In this document: positions 14,103 through 25,745 of the stretch, one piece after another
Position numbering within the stretch: the first letter of the stretch is position 1
How the letters are laid out: every line of letters begins with the position of its first letter
From: Nageia nagi
Lineage: Eukaryota; Plantae; Pinophyta
Reading direction: 5' to 3'
Length of the DNA stretch: 64,000 nucleotides
NCBI GenBank assembly: GCA_050084985.1
Contig: JBITNC010000001.1
Span: 146,568,001-146,632,000, forward strand
Translations under genes and position numbers: made by a program
Notes under the pieces: model-generated
Told to the model about the DNA's origin: nothing
What the model saw: the letters and a program-made list of their open reading frames with translations, nothing else
Databases searched by the model: none

Positions 14103-15464
14103 ATAAATTTATACCAAATTTTAATTATTAATTACAATTAATTTTTAAAAAATATAATATTTATACCTTCTATATATATTTCACTTTTAATAGTTTTTGA
14201 TAGGCATATTATGAATTTGTATGTATTTAAATTTTTTACTACATTATTTGATTTATATAAATACATAGAATTCAATCAAATGATTAGTATTTTTACGAAA
14301 TATATTGATGTATAAAAGCATTGTATTTTTTTGTAAAATTATATCAAGCCTTTGAGTATAGAATGAGTTATTCTTATATATAATTTTTTTTATCATAGTT
14401 TAAATTATACCAAAACCAAAAAATATGTCATTAGCATTATTATGTCAATATCTCTATCATTCTAGGCTTCTAAGCCCCCAATATTATGCTTATATATTAC
14501 ACCCATGGATTTTAAGCAACTACTAATTCTAGATACTCAACATCTATTGAAACTAATATTATTTTTTACATATTATAAATCTCTCTAATAAGGTGTACTT
14601 GTATTAACTTAAAATGTTTCACTTAAATATTGACATTCCAACTTATATTATTGGATTTTAGAACTACAACTCTAAGTTAATAAATAATTGATCCTTCCAT
14701 GGAAGTTACTCCCATCCTGTCTCTTTCATGGGAAAAGTTAAATTAAAATATAAATTTAATATCCCTCCACATAAAAAGGGGTTTTAATTTTAAGCATCAA
14801 TATATATTTAAAAATAATCTTTTCTTATCCATCTAATGTTAAATATTGCACTATTTTAACTAGGATTGTAGGATAAAATATGTAACTAGTCAACAAACAA
14901 GATGATCCTTATCCTAAAATTTCTCTCAAAAATTACTTAGGTATTCATGTAGTAAATCATTCCTATTATACTTGCCATGTCCCATGATGGTACCTCCAAA
15001 GATCAAAAAAATATTATTGTTATCGAATATATTTTATTTTCATATACCAATAGTGAAATGATAATATGAATAATGAATGAATTTGACTATATTTATCCAA
15101 ATTATATTACCTATCATATAGATATTATTTAACAAATAAAGTTATGAATGCTTCAATAAACTACTTAATCAAACCCCTCTTTACATCATCATCATTATGA
15201 TGCATAAAAATGTATAATATTTTCTTTTTATATTATAAATCCTATATGCCTCTCATAGTATTTATTGCTATGATCATGGATTCTACTACAAATGGAAAAC
15301 TATTATCAAGAAATAAAAACCAAATTATATCTCCCACTTTTATCTCTTGATACTAGAGCTAAACCAAAATCATATTTGAAGGCTTAAAAAGATTCAAAAC
15401 CCTTAGTATACTTCTAAAATTTAGAAGTCAAACAAGAATCACTTTTGAAAAAACATAATATTTC

Positions 15465-17073
15465 AGTATTAGTAATCAACTTTATTTCTTTTGAAATATT
15501 AATAAGGTGTCATGATATATATTTCATTTCCAATAAGGCCACTAAAAGTGCCTCAAAAGATGTTAAACGCTTCCATATAAATGACATGTTTCCATAGGTA
15601 TTGATTTAAAATTAATCTTATATGTTAATTCTAACCATCAATAAAAAGTAATTTCTTAGCATACATCCCTAATATTTGGTGCACTTCTCACAAGCCTTTA
15701 TGTGAAATTAGGACCCATTCAAACATTCCTATACTCCTCAAATTCATATTGTAATCTTCCTATAAATTGTTTATGTAATATTTTAATCAAAATCACTATA
15801 ATAAAATGAAGGTACTCTAGATACATGCTTTAAATAGACATAATATTAAGAGTTTAAAAAGAATAAGTACTATGCATAAAATTTATATTTTCAAAAATCA
15901 TGGAGGAAAGGAAGAAAGAATGAAATAATATTAATGTCCTGAAGTGACCAAAAGATGTCAATGGGACTAGCATGTGCATTCTTGCTGAAAAATCCATCTA
16001 AACCCTAAAATAGGCCCCATATAAAGAAAGCAAAAAGAAATGATCTGTATCAAAATTTCTAGACTATAGAACCCCACCCTAGTCAGAGGGAAGGGGTACC
16101 AAATATGAAACATATGCAAGGAAGTCATCCTAAGCCTATTTGGGAGGGGACTGTTGCAACATTATTTGGTTCAAGGAGGGCTTATGTTGGTACATGGGTG
16201 ATGATCCTAAGGTGATGCTAGGTTGAAAGAAAGAAGCAATCAAAGATGCTCTGAAATCATCTCCCTCTATGATGGAGTGGCTATGGATGTTCCTCTCAAT
16301 GTCTCGTATGGGATCTCTTTAGGGATGAGGCATAGAAGAAGGATGTAATATGTTTTATCAATAAACATATCATACAAATGAAAATTTCCTATAACTAAGT
16401 AATAAATTTAGATTTTTGAATTAATATACTTCATTGCTTACCTATTTTCTTTACTATATCAAGTTTTTAACATTGAATCTTGTACATGATAACTATTTCA
16501 ATTCTAATAAACACATTAAAACTACCTCAAAAGAATTTTAAACCTTCCATACAAATGATATGTGTCTACATATCTTCATTTAAAAATAATCATGTATGTT
16601 AATTCTAACCATAAATACAAAAATAAATGCTTAGCACAAATCCTTACTCCTTGGTACACCTATTACAAGTGTATGTGTGAAATGAGGACCTATTCAAACA
16701 TTCCTATACTCCTCAAATCATATTATATATAGAATGATGTTAAGAGAGAAATAACTATATTCCAAAATTATATTTCTTTTCCTATATAACTTCCATATAA
16801 TATTTTAATCAAAATCCAATAAAATGATGGTGCTCTTGATAAATGCTTTAAATAGACATAATATTAATAATAAAAGAGTCTAAAAATAATAAGTAATATA
16901 CATAAAGTTCATATTTTCTAAAATCATGGATGAGGTTCATCAATCAACATATCAAGAAAATACAAATTTCCTATAACTAAGTACTAAATTTAGATTTTCA
17001 AAGTAATATACTTCATTCCTTACCTTTTTTTCTCCACTATATCAAGCCTTTAACATTGAAGCTTGTACATGAT
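15465..17073 (+). repeat. ~580-bp tandem duplication, first copy carrying a ~450-bp insertion
   Basis: 15465-15905 plus 16355-16490 corresponds to 16490-17073 (ggacccattcaaacattcctatactcctcaaat and aatttcctataactaagta occur in both). Confidence 0.85.
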
Positions 17074-17628
17074 TTGGGAAGAGTAGGTAGAATTAGTATT
17101 GTATAAACTAATATTTTGGTGTAGAAGTTTATTTTATTTACTAATATTTCATGTTATGGAAATACGCTTATTAGTTATTTGATTTGTACTACAATGATAC
17201 CATCTATACAAGGTTAAACTTGTGAGTCATTAATAAAATCTATTTGATAAATTTTAGCTAGCATTTTATGTAATATTTATATATGATAATGTTTAGCAGT
17301 ATTAAAACTAAAAATATCATGAAAACTTAAACATATTAAAATCTTTAAGGAAAATAATTTTTTTAACATCTAATATTAAGTGGTATAAGGTTTATAATAT
17401 AGTATCTTTACCTTACTATCTACTTTATCATTGAAATTATATTTGTCTAGAAAAAGAAAAACTTTTCCTCTAACATGGAAATAATGTCAAAACCACATCT
17501 ATCCAAGAGTTGACTATTGGGTGATAGAGGTTATGTTAAATTTAGGATACTATAATATTGGATAAATACATAAGTATTATATTAGTATTTTGTAAAGATT
17601 GATTTTTTTAAGAGAAGGTATAGTCATG

Positions 17629-18610
17629 GATATTTTATAAGGATTTAATGCTTGAAAATAAAAGAAGACATGTAAAGGTTTATGCCTAATGGAAATACTA
17701 CTTCAATCTAAAAATAATAATAATTTATAAATAATAAATTATTTTTTTATTTTGAAAATATCCACCATATATAATCTATTTGTTTCTATAAGAAAAAAAT
17801 TGGAATCATATTAAGGATTACACAATTATCAATTTTATACACATATAAAAAACTTGAAATGGTTTCAAGTTTAAACTGTATAGTTACTAGAGATTTTATT
17901 ATAATAATATTTTTGGTTTGGCCTAATTTAATTATTATTTTTTATATATGTTAATATATATTATGGTCAATTAAAAATCAATTATAGAAATTTTCATTAT
18001 TAATTACTTAATATGATTTCCTAAAATCTAAATTTTTATGTCCAATCTATTTTGGTGTATTATTATATACCAAATATATTCATTTATTTTATATAAGATA
18101 TAGGAAATATAATATACACTATATTAAGGCCTCCTATTTAATGAATAGGGTATATATAAGGAATAGCTTCTTAACATCCATATTAATCCCACCACATGCA
18201 ACCTTATTTAGAGACAAAAATGAAATATAATGGAATATTAATGTGATAACTAGTATCCTTCCATCTAATAAAATATGAATAATTATGTACCATCCTCACT
18301 AATTTTTAGTTTTTCTATGTTGGGTTTATTAAATCTACAATCATAATTCAAATACAAAAATCCCAAGGACATTCATACTCTAAACCTATTCGTGTTTAGC
18401 CTATTACTTATTATATTCTATTTAGAAAGAGAAGATCCTACATATATATAACTTTTAAATAATGTATGAATCAATAGAATAAGAATATTTATACTTATCA
18501 TATTTAATCTTCACATATATTATTAATTAAAAATAATATCAAATCTAAAGAACTTAGAAATGAAGTATACATCAACAAGATACATTACTTTCCATGAAAT
18601 ACTAGCAAAT
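17629..18610 (+). repeat. Module repeated at 20976-21820 and 63487-64000
   Basis: All start gatattttataaggatttaatgcttgaaa and stay co-linear. Confidence 0.9.
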
Positions 18611-20736
18611 ATGTTGGATGTGTGAAAGGTGATACAATCATCTGCTGCAAGTATTCCAAAAATAGTTGAGATATATCCACCATTTTAGATGCCAAATACT
18701 ATGATGGGCACCTTACATAATGTGTTTGACACCTCTATCATCTATTTTGAAATCTACTTCTCCTAAACCTTCTTTAATTTTAGTTTTGTAATAAACTTTT
18801 TAATAAATTTATTTATTCAAGGTTCTAATATTAATTTATATCAAAACTTAATTATTAATATTTGAAAATATAACATTTATATGTTGTATATATATTCTAC
18901 TTTTAATACTTCTTAATAGGTATATTAAGAATATGTATATATTTTAAAATTCTATTACAATATTCTTTTTTTTTTTTTGCAAAATGATATCGAAAACTCA
19001 ATATAAAAAATACTTATGATTATTCAATGCTATAGCCTGCTAGAGATGAATCTCCAATGAATAACTAGACATGGCTACAAAAAGTATTTGAAATATACTT
19101 CCCACCTAAACACATTTTTAAAAAAATTTGTTGAAGATCAATTATTACTGAGGAAATGATATCTAAATCATAAAAAAGGTATTAGGAGTAGCTAAAATAT
19201 TATAATAAAATTGAAAAGATGATTTGAAACCCATTTCTCTACTACATACTTTAATCACCATACCTCTTCCCTTCTTCTATAGTATAGTTAAAATAAACCC
19301 TTCAACCATAAAGCAGGGGAATCTCTTATAACTTATTGGTGTATATGATTATTTCTAGAATTTAATTTTTACCACCTTAATATATATAACCATATGTTAA
19401 AGAATGTTTACTTTTTTCTCAAGTGAGCTTTAGAAAAGGCCTCTTTTACCATGTCCAATTATAGTATAAAATAATAAAAGGTTGAGCTAAGACGAGATTT
19501 CTAATTCAAACCATAAAAAAGTCAAATGATGTTTGATTAGCATTATTCTCTCAATACCTAGGTTATACCCCTATGTGACCTAAGTTGTGTAAGGCATAAC
19601 CTCTAGGGCTATGTTCCTACATGATGTACATATTTTTTAATAAAAATATAGATATTTTTTAAAAATTTTGTATATATATATATATATATATCACATCAAA
19701 TTTAAAAAATAATATTATTTAAATTAAAAATAAGTAACCCTATATTAAAAAAATAGGGATCTTTTGTAAACAAAATAGAGATATCTAAAAAAAAAAAAAA
19801 AGTCCTATACATTTATTTCAACAAATCAAAGAAATTTATTTTCTATTAAAATAAACAATTCATTACAAAAACTATAGAAATCAAAGGAGAATAAATTTGG
19901 GATTTATCTTACCTTGTTCCTCTTATTTTTGGATTTTTTCTTGACTTAGCTAACCATAGCCTCTTATACCAATTGAAGGTGCAAAAATAAAAAAAAAAAT
20001 AATATTATAGAAGTAATATTACATCAACAAATAAAGATAATAATATAAAACCCTAATTTTAAAAAATAAATGAATGATAGCAAACCATAAGTTCTGAACA
20101 CAATATATAATATTTTATATGTTTTGAACATATTCATAATATATATAAGTTTTGAATCCATTCACAACCCAATTAGATATCCTTCACTTTATTTGATTCA
20201 ATTATTAATATAATATAATGTAGGGAAACATCTATTGGTCAACTCACAAAGTAACCAATATTATAATCTTTTTCTTAATAATTATGTAATCTATATGGAG
20301 ATAAAAATGGATTAATTTCCAATATAACTTAATTTGAAATTTCTCCTACATTATTATAACTACTACTTAGAGAGCATGAGATGAGTGTATCATGAACCCT
20401 AAGTTAACAGTTTCACCATGATAATAATACACCATTTTTTATGCTATGTAGAACCACACATATGCCAAAATCCACCTCATGTAAGCCACACACAACCATA
20501 TGTAGGCCTATAACATTATCATCAACAAGGATTTCAAAGCTAACTCATCTAGTTTTACTCAATTCATAATAGTTGTAATAATGTAGCTAATATATTATGT
20601 AATAATAAATAATATATTATTCAACATATAATGACATAAGTATGTCTATTTTATTATTCTACACTATTATTTAATATATCCTAAAGTATCAATATTAAAT
20701 ATGTAATACATAATATAAATACTTAATACTAAATTC

Positions 20737-20974
20737 TAAGGTTTATAATATAAACTCAAACAAAATCAATATTAAAGGGATGAAGAAAGTAAATAGAACT
20801 ATCTTTCATCAAATCAACACCAATAATAGAGGTGAATATATGAACTATATTACCTAAAATAAAGATATTACAAATAATGGCAATACAATCTAAATTGTGA
20901 TACAATGATGGAGAAAATAAAAAAAAACTTAAATGTACAACCCATGATAGCTCAATATTCATTCAATACAATAA
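20737..20974 (-). mobile_element. Truncated LTR fragment of the same copia family
   Basis: taaggtttataatataaactcaaac...caatacaataa matches the first part of the LTR and has the same upstream flank. Confidence 0.8.
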
Positions 20975-23900
20975 GGATATTTTATAAGGATTTAATGCTT
21001 GAAATTTAAAGAAGACATTAAAAGATTTATGCCTAATGGAAAGACTACTTCAATCTAAAAAAATAAAAAATTATAAATAATGAATTATTTTTTATTTTTA
21101 AAATATCCACCATATATAATCAATTTCCTTGTACAAGAAAAAAAATTGGAATCATATTAAGGATTAAAAAATTATCAAGTTTATAACACATATAAAATCA
21201 ATTCTAGAAAAATATGCATTATTAATTGCTTGATATGGTTTCTTGAAACTTGATTTTATAGGTCTTATCTAATTTGATGTATTAGTATGTATGAAATATA
21301 TTTATTTATTTTATATAGGATATAGGCAATATGATATGCACTATATTATGTATAGGTATATATAGCAATAGCTTCTTAACATCCATATTAATCCCACCAC
21401 AAGCAACCTTATTTAGAAACTAAAATGAAATATAATACAATATAAGTATTTTTTGTTAGTGTGATAACCATTGTCCTTCCATCTAATGAAATATGAATAA
21501 ATATATTCCCTGGTTACTGATATTTATTTTCTCTATGATGGATTTACCTAATCTATAATCATAATTCAAATACAAAAATCCCAAGGACTTTCATACTTTA
21601 AAACTATTCTTGCCTAGCCTATAATTTTTTATATTCTATAGGAAAGAGAATATCCAAGTTATATATAACTTTTAAATAACGTATGGATCAATAGGATAAG
21701 AATATTTCTACTTATCATATTTCTTCATGTATATTATGAGTTAAAAAGAATATTAGATCTAAATAACTTGAAAATAAAGTATGCATACAAAGATACATTA
21801 CCCTCCATGCAATATTAGCAAATTAGATAATGATGAAGAAATTGATCACAGACTTGTCTAGAAGCATTATGTGAAATTGCTCATTACCCAAGAGCTTGAT
21901 CAATTATACCAAACAAAATCTAAAAAATATGTACTTTTATATGGTAATTAAGCATTCATACATCCTCGAGAAGCTAAATTTAAATTAGGTGATATAGTAT
22001 AATAGATCCATTATATGTAGAGATAACATGAGCTAGCATGATATCATGTACATAAATCAAATTTATATTAAGCTAACATGGGTTATCCATATAACTAAAG
22101 TAATATTAAACCACTTAATCTAGAATATGTGAAGCCTAAAAATGTTGGAGTAAAATATAACTTATAACATTAATATCCATGAATATAAAAAAAAAGATCT
22201 GATGGTTTCTTCTTCAAATAAAGGAAAAATAAAGTTGAGGGTTCAAATAAAAAGTCAAATAAGAACTAGTGAAAGCAATATCATACAAGATGCCACTTAA
22301 AAAAATTGAAAAGGTTGTAATCTAGTAATAAAGAAAAATAAGACCCAAGGACTTCTCACGAGGACATCATACTTTTTAAAAGGTATAAAGAAGATGAATA
22401 AAAGTTATTCAATTTTCTATATATGGATTATCCATAGAAATAAAAAGACTTAATTATGAAATTGATTATCATGTCATCTATATATTGGATGTAATATCTG
22501 GCTAATAAGTTCTACTAACTTCTTATACAAATTTAAAATCATAATTATGAATGCATTTGATATGAGTGAGCTAGGTGAAATATTATACAAATGAGTTGAT
22601 ACTTGAAAAGTTGTAGGTTACAACTTGAGGAAAAAATTCTTCTCCTTTTATTCATGCATTATTATATAAGTCTCTTATTAGTATTTTGATGTATCTTTAT
22701 ATTTGTAGCCATGTGAAAAAGGAGTCATTCATAAATTCCCATATTCTTTACCTTCATATTGTTAAAAGAACGATCTTCAAAGAAAAAGAATTATATGTGT
22801 AAGCTACATGTTAATTCTCATCATGATAAAAAATCACTAATATAAAATGACAATTTATGTTTCATGATGTCCTTAATATTTTCCATTTGTAAAAAGATAC
22901 CTCCAATATGAAAAGTTAATATGGCAATGTAATTTATACTATAGACACAATTTCTATATAATTTTTATAAAAGAAACCTCAATGCTTAAGGCCCAAGGAT
23001 GTCTATACAAAGTTTATTCACATTCAACCTATCTTTTCACATATGTTATGTATGATAGAGAATCAAAGATACAAGGTACAGATATTTTACAAATAAAGTA
23101 CACATCAATATGATAAGGGTATTTACTTTTAACCTATTTCTTCCTATATATCATGAGTCAAAGAGGATCCCAAGTGTAAAGAATATGTAAAATGTATATG
23201 TCAACAAGACATAATAATCCTTTTAGTAATATTTCTAAACTAGCTAAAGATGAAAAATATATCACATACCTCTTTGAAATCTATGTGGGAAGGTTGTTCT
23301 CAATAAAAAAGTTGACCATTCATACTAGATAGAATCTCCCACACACAAATAAGCAAAAAAATATCAAGCATCAAAATAAGTACAAGGATAAGAACTTATG
23401 TTATTTCCAATGGACAAAGGTATTCACACATATTTGAGGAGATCAATTATGATAAGGTAGAATAGAATATAAAGAAATCATATTTACAACTAACATGAGC
23501 TTAGTTCATATTATATATGTAAAGAATTGATATAAATATAGTATGCAATGACCTCAAAGTTGAAGTCATGTTAAGGTGCTAAATAACCTTTACAAACTCT
23601 TTTTGTAAACAAAGGTAAAACATAAATATATGCAATACATATTTAAGATTTACATATCTTGATAAAAATAATAATTTGAATAATTAAATATTATTCATTA
23701 CAAACATAAATTTATTAAAAGTTAAAATGTCATGTATATATTAAAATTTGTATCAGTATCATATAATTATACTTTTTAATTAATAATATGCATATCTTAA
23801 ATCTCTACAACAAAAATAAAAAATAACAATATACATATAAAAATTAGAAAATATTTTTAACTTATTAACCATTGATTGCAGATATTTACAAAAACTAAAT

Positions 23901-24300
23901 ATATAACTTATACAAATATTTTGTATATTTAAAGATAACAAATAAATACCAATATAGAAGAATTGATATAAATTTAGTTATTTTATCCAATAAACAAATT
24001 AACATAATCATAAATTTTGCATGAATATTGTAACATAATCTACGAAAAATATTATAGGCAAAAAAAGGATTACTCAAAATATAAAAATATTTAAACTACA
24101 TCTAAAACTCAAAAATAAAAACTTTGAAAATTCCAAACAAAATAATCTACACAAAAACTTTTTAAAACCATCCATGAAACTAAGATGTCTAATGTTATGT
24201 GGACTATGGTACAAGAAAAAGCGTTCATAAGATCCTCAATAAGTTATGTTAATTTTCTGTTTCGTATCAAGGTTTTTGAAGTGTTTTTTTTTTTTCACAG

Positions 24301-24795
24301 TTTGAGGATATCGAAGAGCTAGGAACGGCGACCATGGAGAAAACGATACATAATGGTATTACAGGAATAGTGTACCCGGGTGAGGTTCTTGCCTTGTTAG
24401 GATCATAGGGCATTGGGAAGACTATGCTGCTTTTCATGTTGGAAGGGCAGTTAGAAGGTTCCGGGTTCGATACTCTATATCGAACAAGATGAAACGCAAG
24501 GTCAACTTCGTGATGAAAGATGATATTATCTACCCTCATCTAACCGTTAGGATACCTTAGTCTACATTATACTGCATAACATGCCTCGGGCAATGTCAAC
24601 ACAGAACAAGTGACCCCATTTGGAGAGTATTATTTCTAAGCTCCGGTTGAAGAGATGTAGAAATATGATCATGTATGGATGAGCATCGGGCATGAGATGA
24701 TGAGGAATCCACCTTCCATTTGGATGAGTCCACCTGGGGCCTCGATTCCTCCACTACCCTGTGTGTAACAGTTACGCTGGAGAACTTCGCGTGCA
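24301..24795 (+). pseudogene. ABCG: ABCG (WBC-type half-size) ABC transporter nucleotide-binding-domain exon, pseudogenised fragment
   Basis: After a T-rich tract and CAG acceptor (24298-24300): [43 protein letters not shown] (Walker A), KMKRKVNFVMKDDIIYPHLTVR/TLVY, ESIISKLRLKRCRNMIM, MSIGHEMMRNP, LDESTWGLDSSTTL..TLENFA (Walker B/D-loop). It has stops and frameshifts and lacks the SGGERKR signature. Resembles the ABCG9/14/21/22/25 group. Confidence 0.92.
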
Positions 24796-25135
24796 AAACC
24801 TTCAGAAACCTCAACTACCTTAAATTGCCGTTCTATACACGAGCTGGAAACTAGGGTTGTTGCAATCTAAAACCTAACAAAATTATTATGTACACCCACT
24901 ACCTACATAAGTCCTTTACATCTGCCTTCACTTGCTATCCAAAGTGAGTATATTGAATCTAATAACATTTCAACCCAAACACTATTGAAATTCAAAGAAT
25001 GATTTGCTGTTGACAGTTTTCATACTTTAAATTTTGAGAAACTAAAATCTTAAGGAATTAAAAAGTTATAAATTACACAAAAACAAACAGTAGAGTATTA
25101 CACTAAGTATCGCAGCCAATAAACATAAAAACACC

Positions 25136-25333
25136 TTAAAAGAATTTGCTTTCATATTCAGAGACAGCCACGGGATTCTTGTCTGATGATGCGCTATATA
25201 TATGCAATAAATATGCAGTCACAGATCTCCTTCCCAGCGTAGCAGCTTTACTATGAAATGGATATTTGAAACGCAAGACACTTTCCAGTAGGCATGGTAT
25301 GCAGAACATATGACCGCAATTGAAGTGTTCTCT
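25136..25333 (-). pseudogene. RING-finger (C3HC4-like) gene fragment, C-terminal half of the RING
   Basis: Minus strand HFNCGHMFCIPCLLESVLRFKYPFHSKAATLGRRSVTAYLLHIY...KFF*. C-x-H-x2-C-x2-C begins at 25318. There is an in-frame stop just upstream and no first C-x2-C. Confidence 0.6.
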
Positions 25334-25399
25334 TGTTCAGTCGCCTTCTCTTCTTATCAGATCTGCAAGGTTCACCTTCCTAGCAGCTCTATCCTCCAA

Positions 25400-25745
25400 A
25401 TCGCATAAATATAGAAAGTGAAAAGAGAAAGAAAGCGATTAGTTAGAAAGCATGAATTAGAAGGCACATTCATGACTGGAAAACGACAGATTTTCTAAAA
25501 CGACTCATCTCCGATGGATTTTTGTAGTCTCCAACCGACAGAATTTTCAAAACTTTTTATATTCTCCAATTTCCAACGGCTATGAATATGCTTCATTCCT
25601 TTCCACAGAATCTTTCTTGGATGTGCAAAAGGTGATACCATCATCCGTTGCAAGTATTCATAAAACTGTTGAGATATATCCACCGTTTTAGATGCCAAAT
25701 ACTATTACGGGCACCTTACATAACGTGTTTGACACGTCTGTCATC
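25400..25745 (-). promoter_or_regulatory. Putative promoter relic upstream of the RING fragment, with MSA-like (AACGG) motifs
   Basis: TCCAACGGCT at 25572-25581 fits YCYAACGGYY. Further AACGG cores on the minus strand at ~25645 and ~25683. TATA-like ctatatttat (minus, ~25405-25414) beside a pyrimidine tract. CpGs are retained. Confidence 0.3.

Noticed and set aside
24267-24814. Minus-strand ORFs 24267-24539 and 24596-24814
   Set aside because: They are antisense shadows of the ABCG pseudo-exon and have no independent motifs.
25495-25698. 67-aa ORF with relatives at 52598-52922
   Set aside because: No recognisable domain and the frame is not conserved among paralogues. Better explained as a promoter-like repeat.
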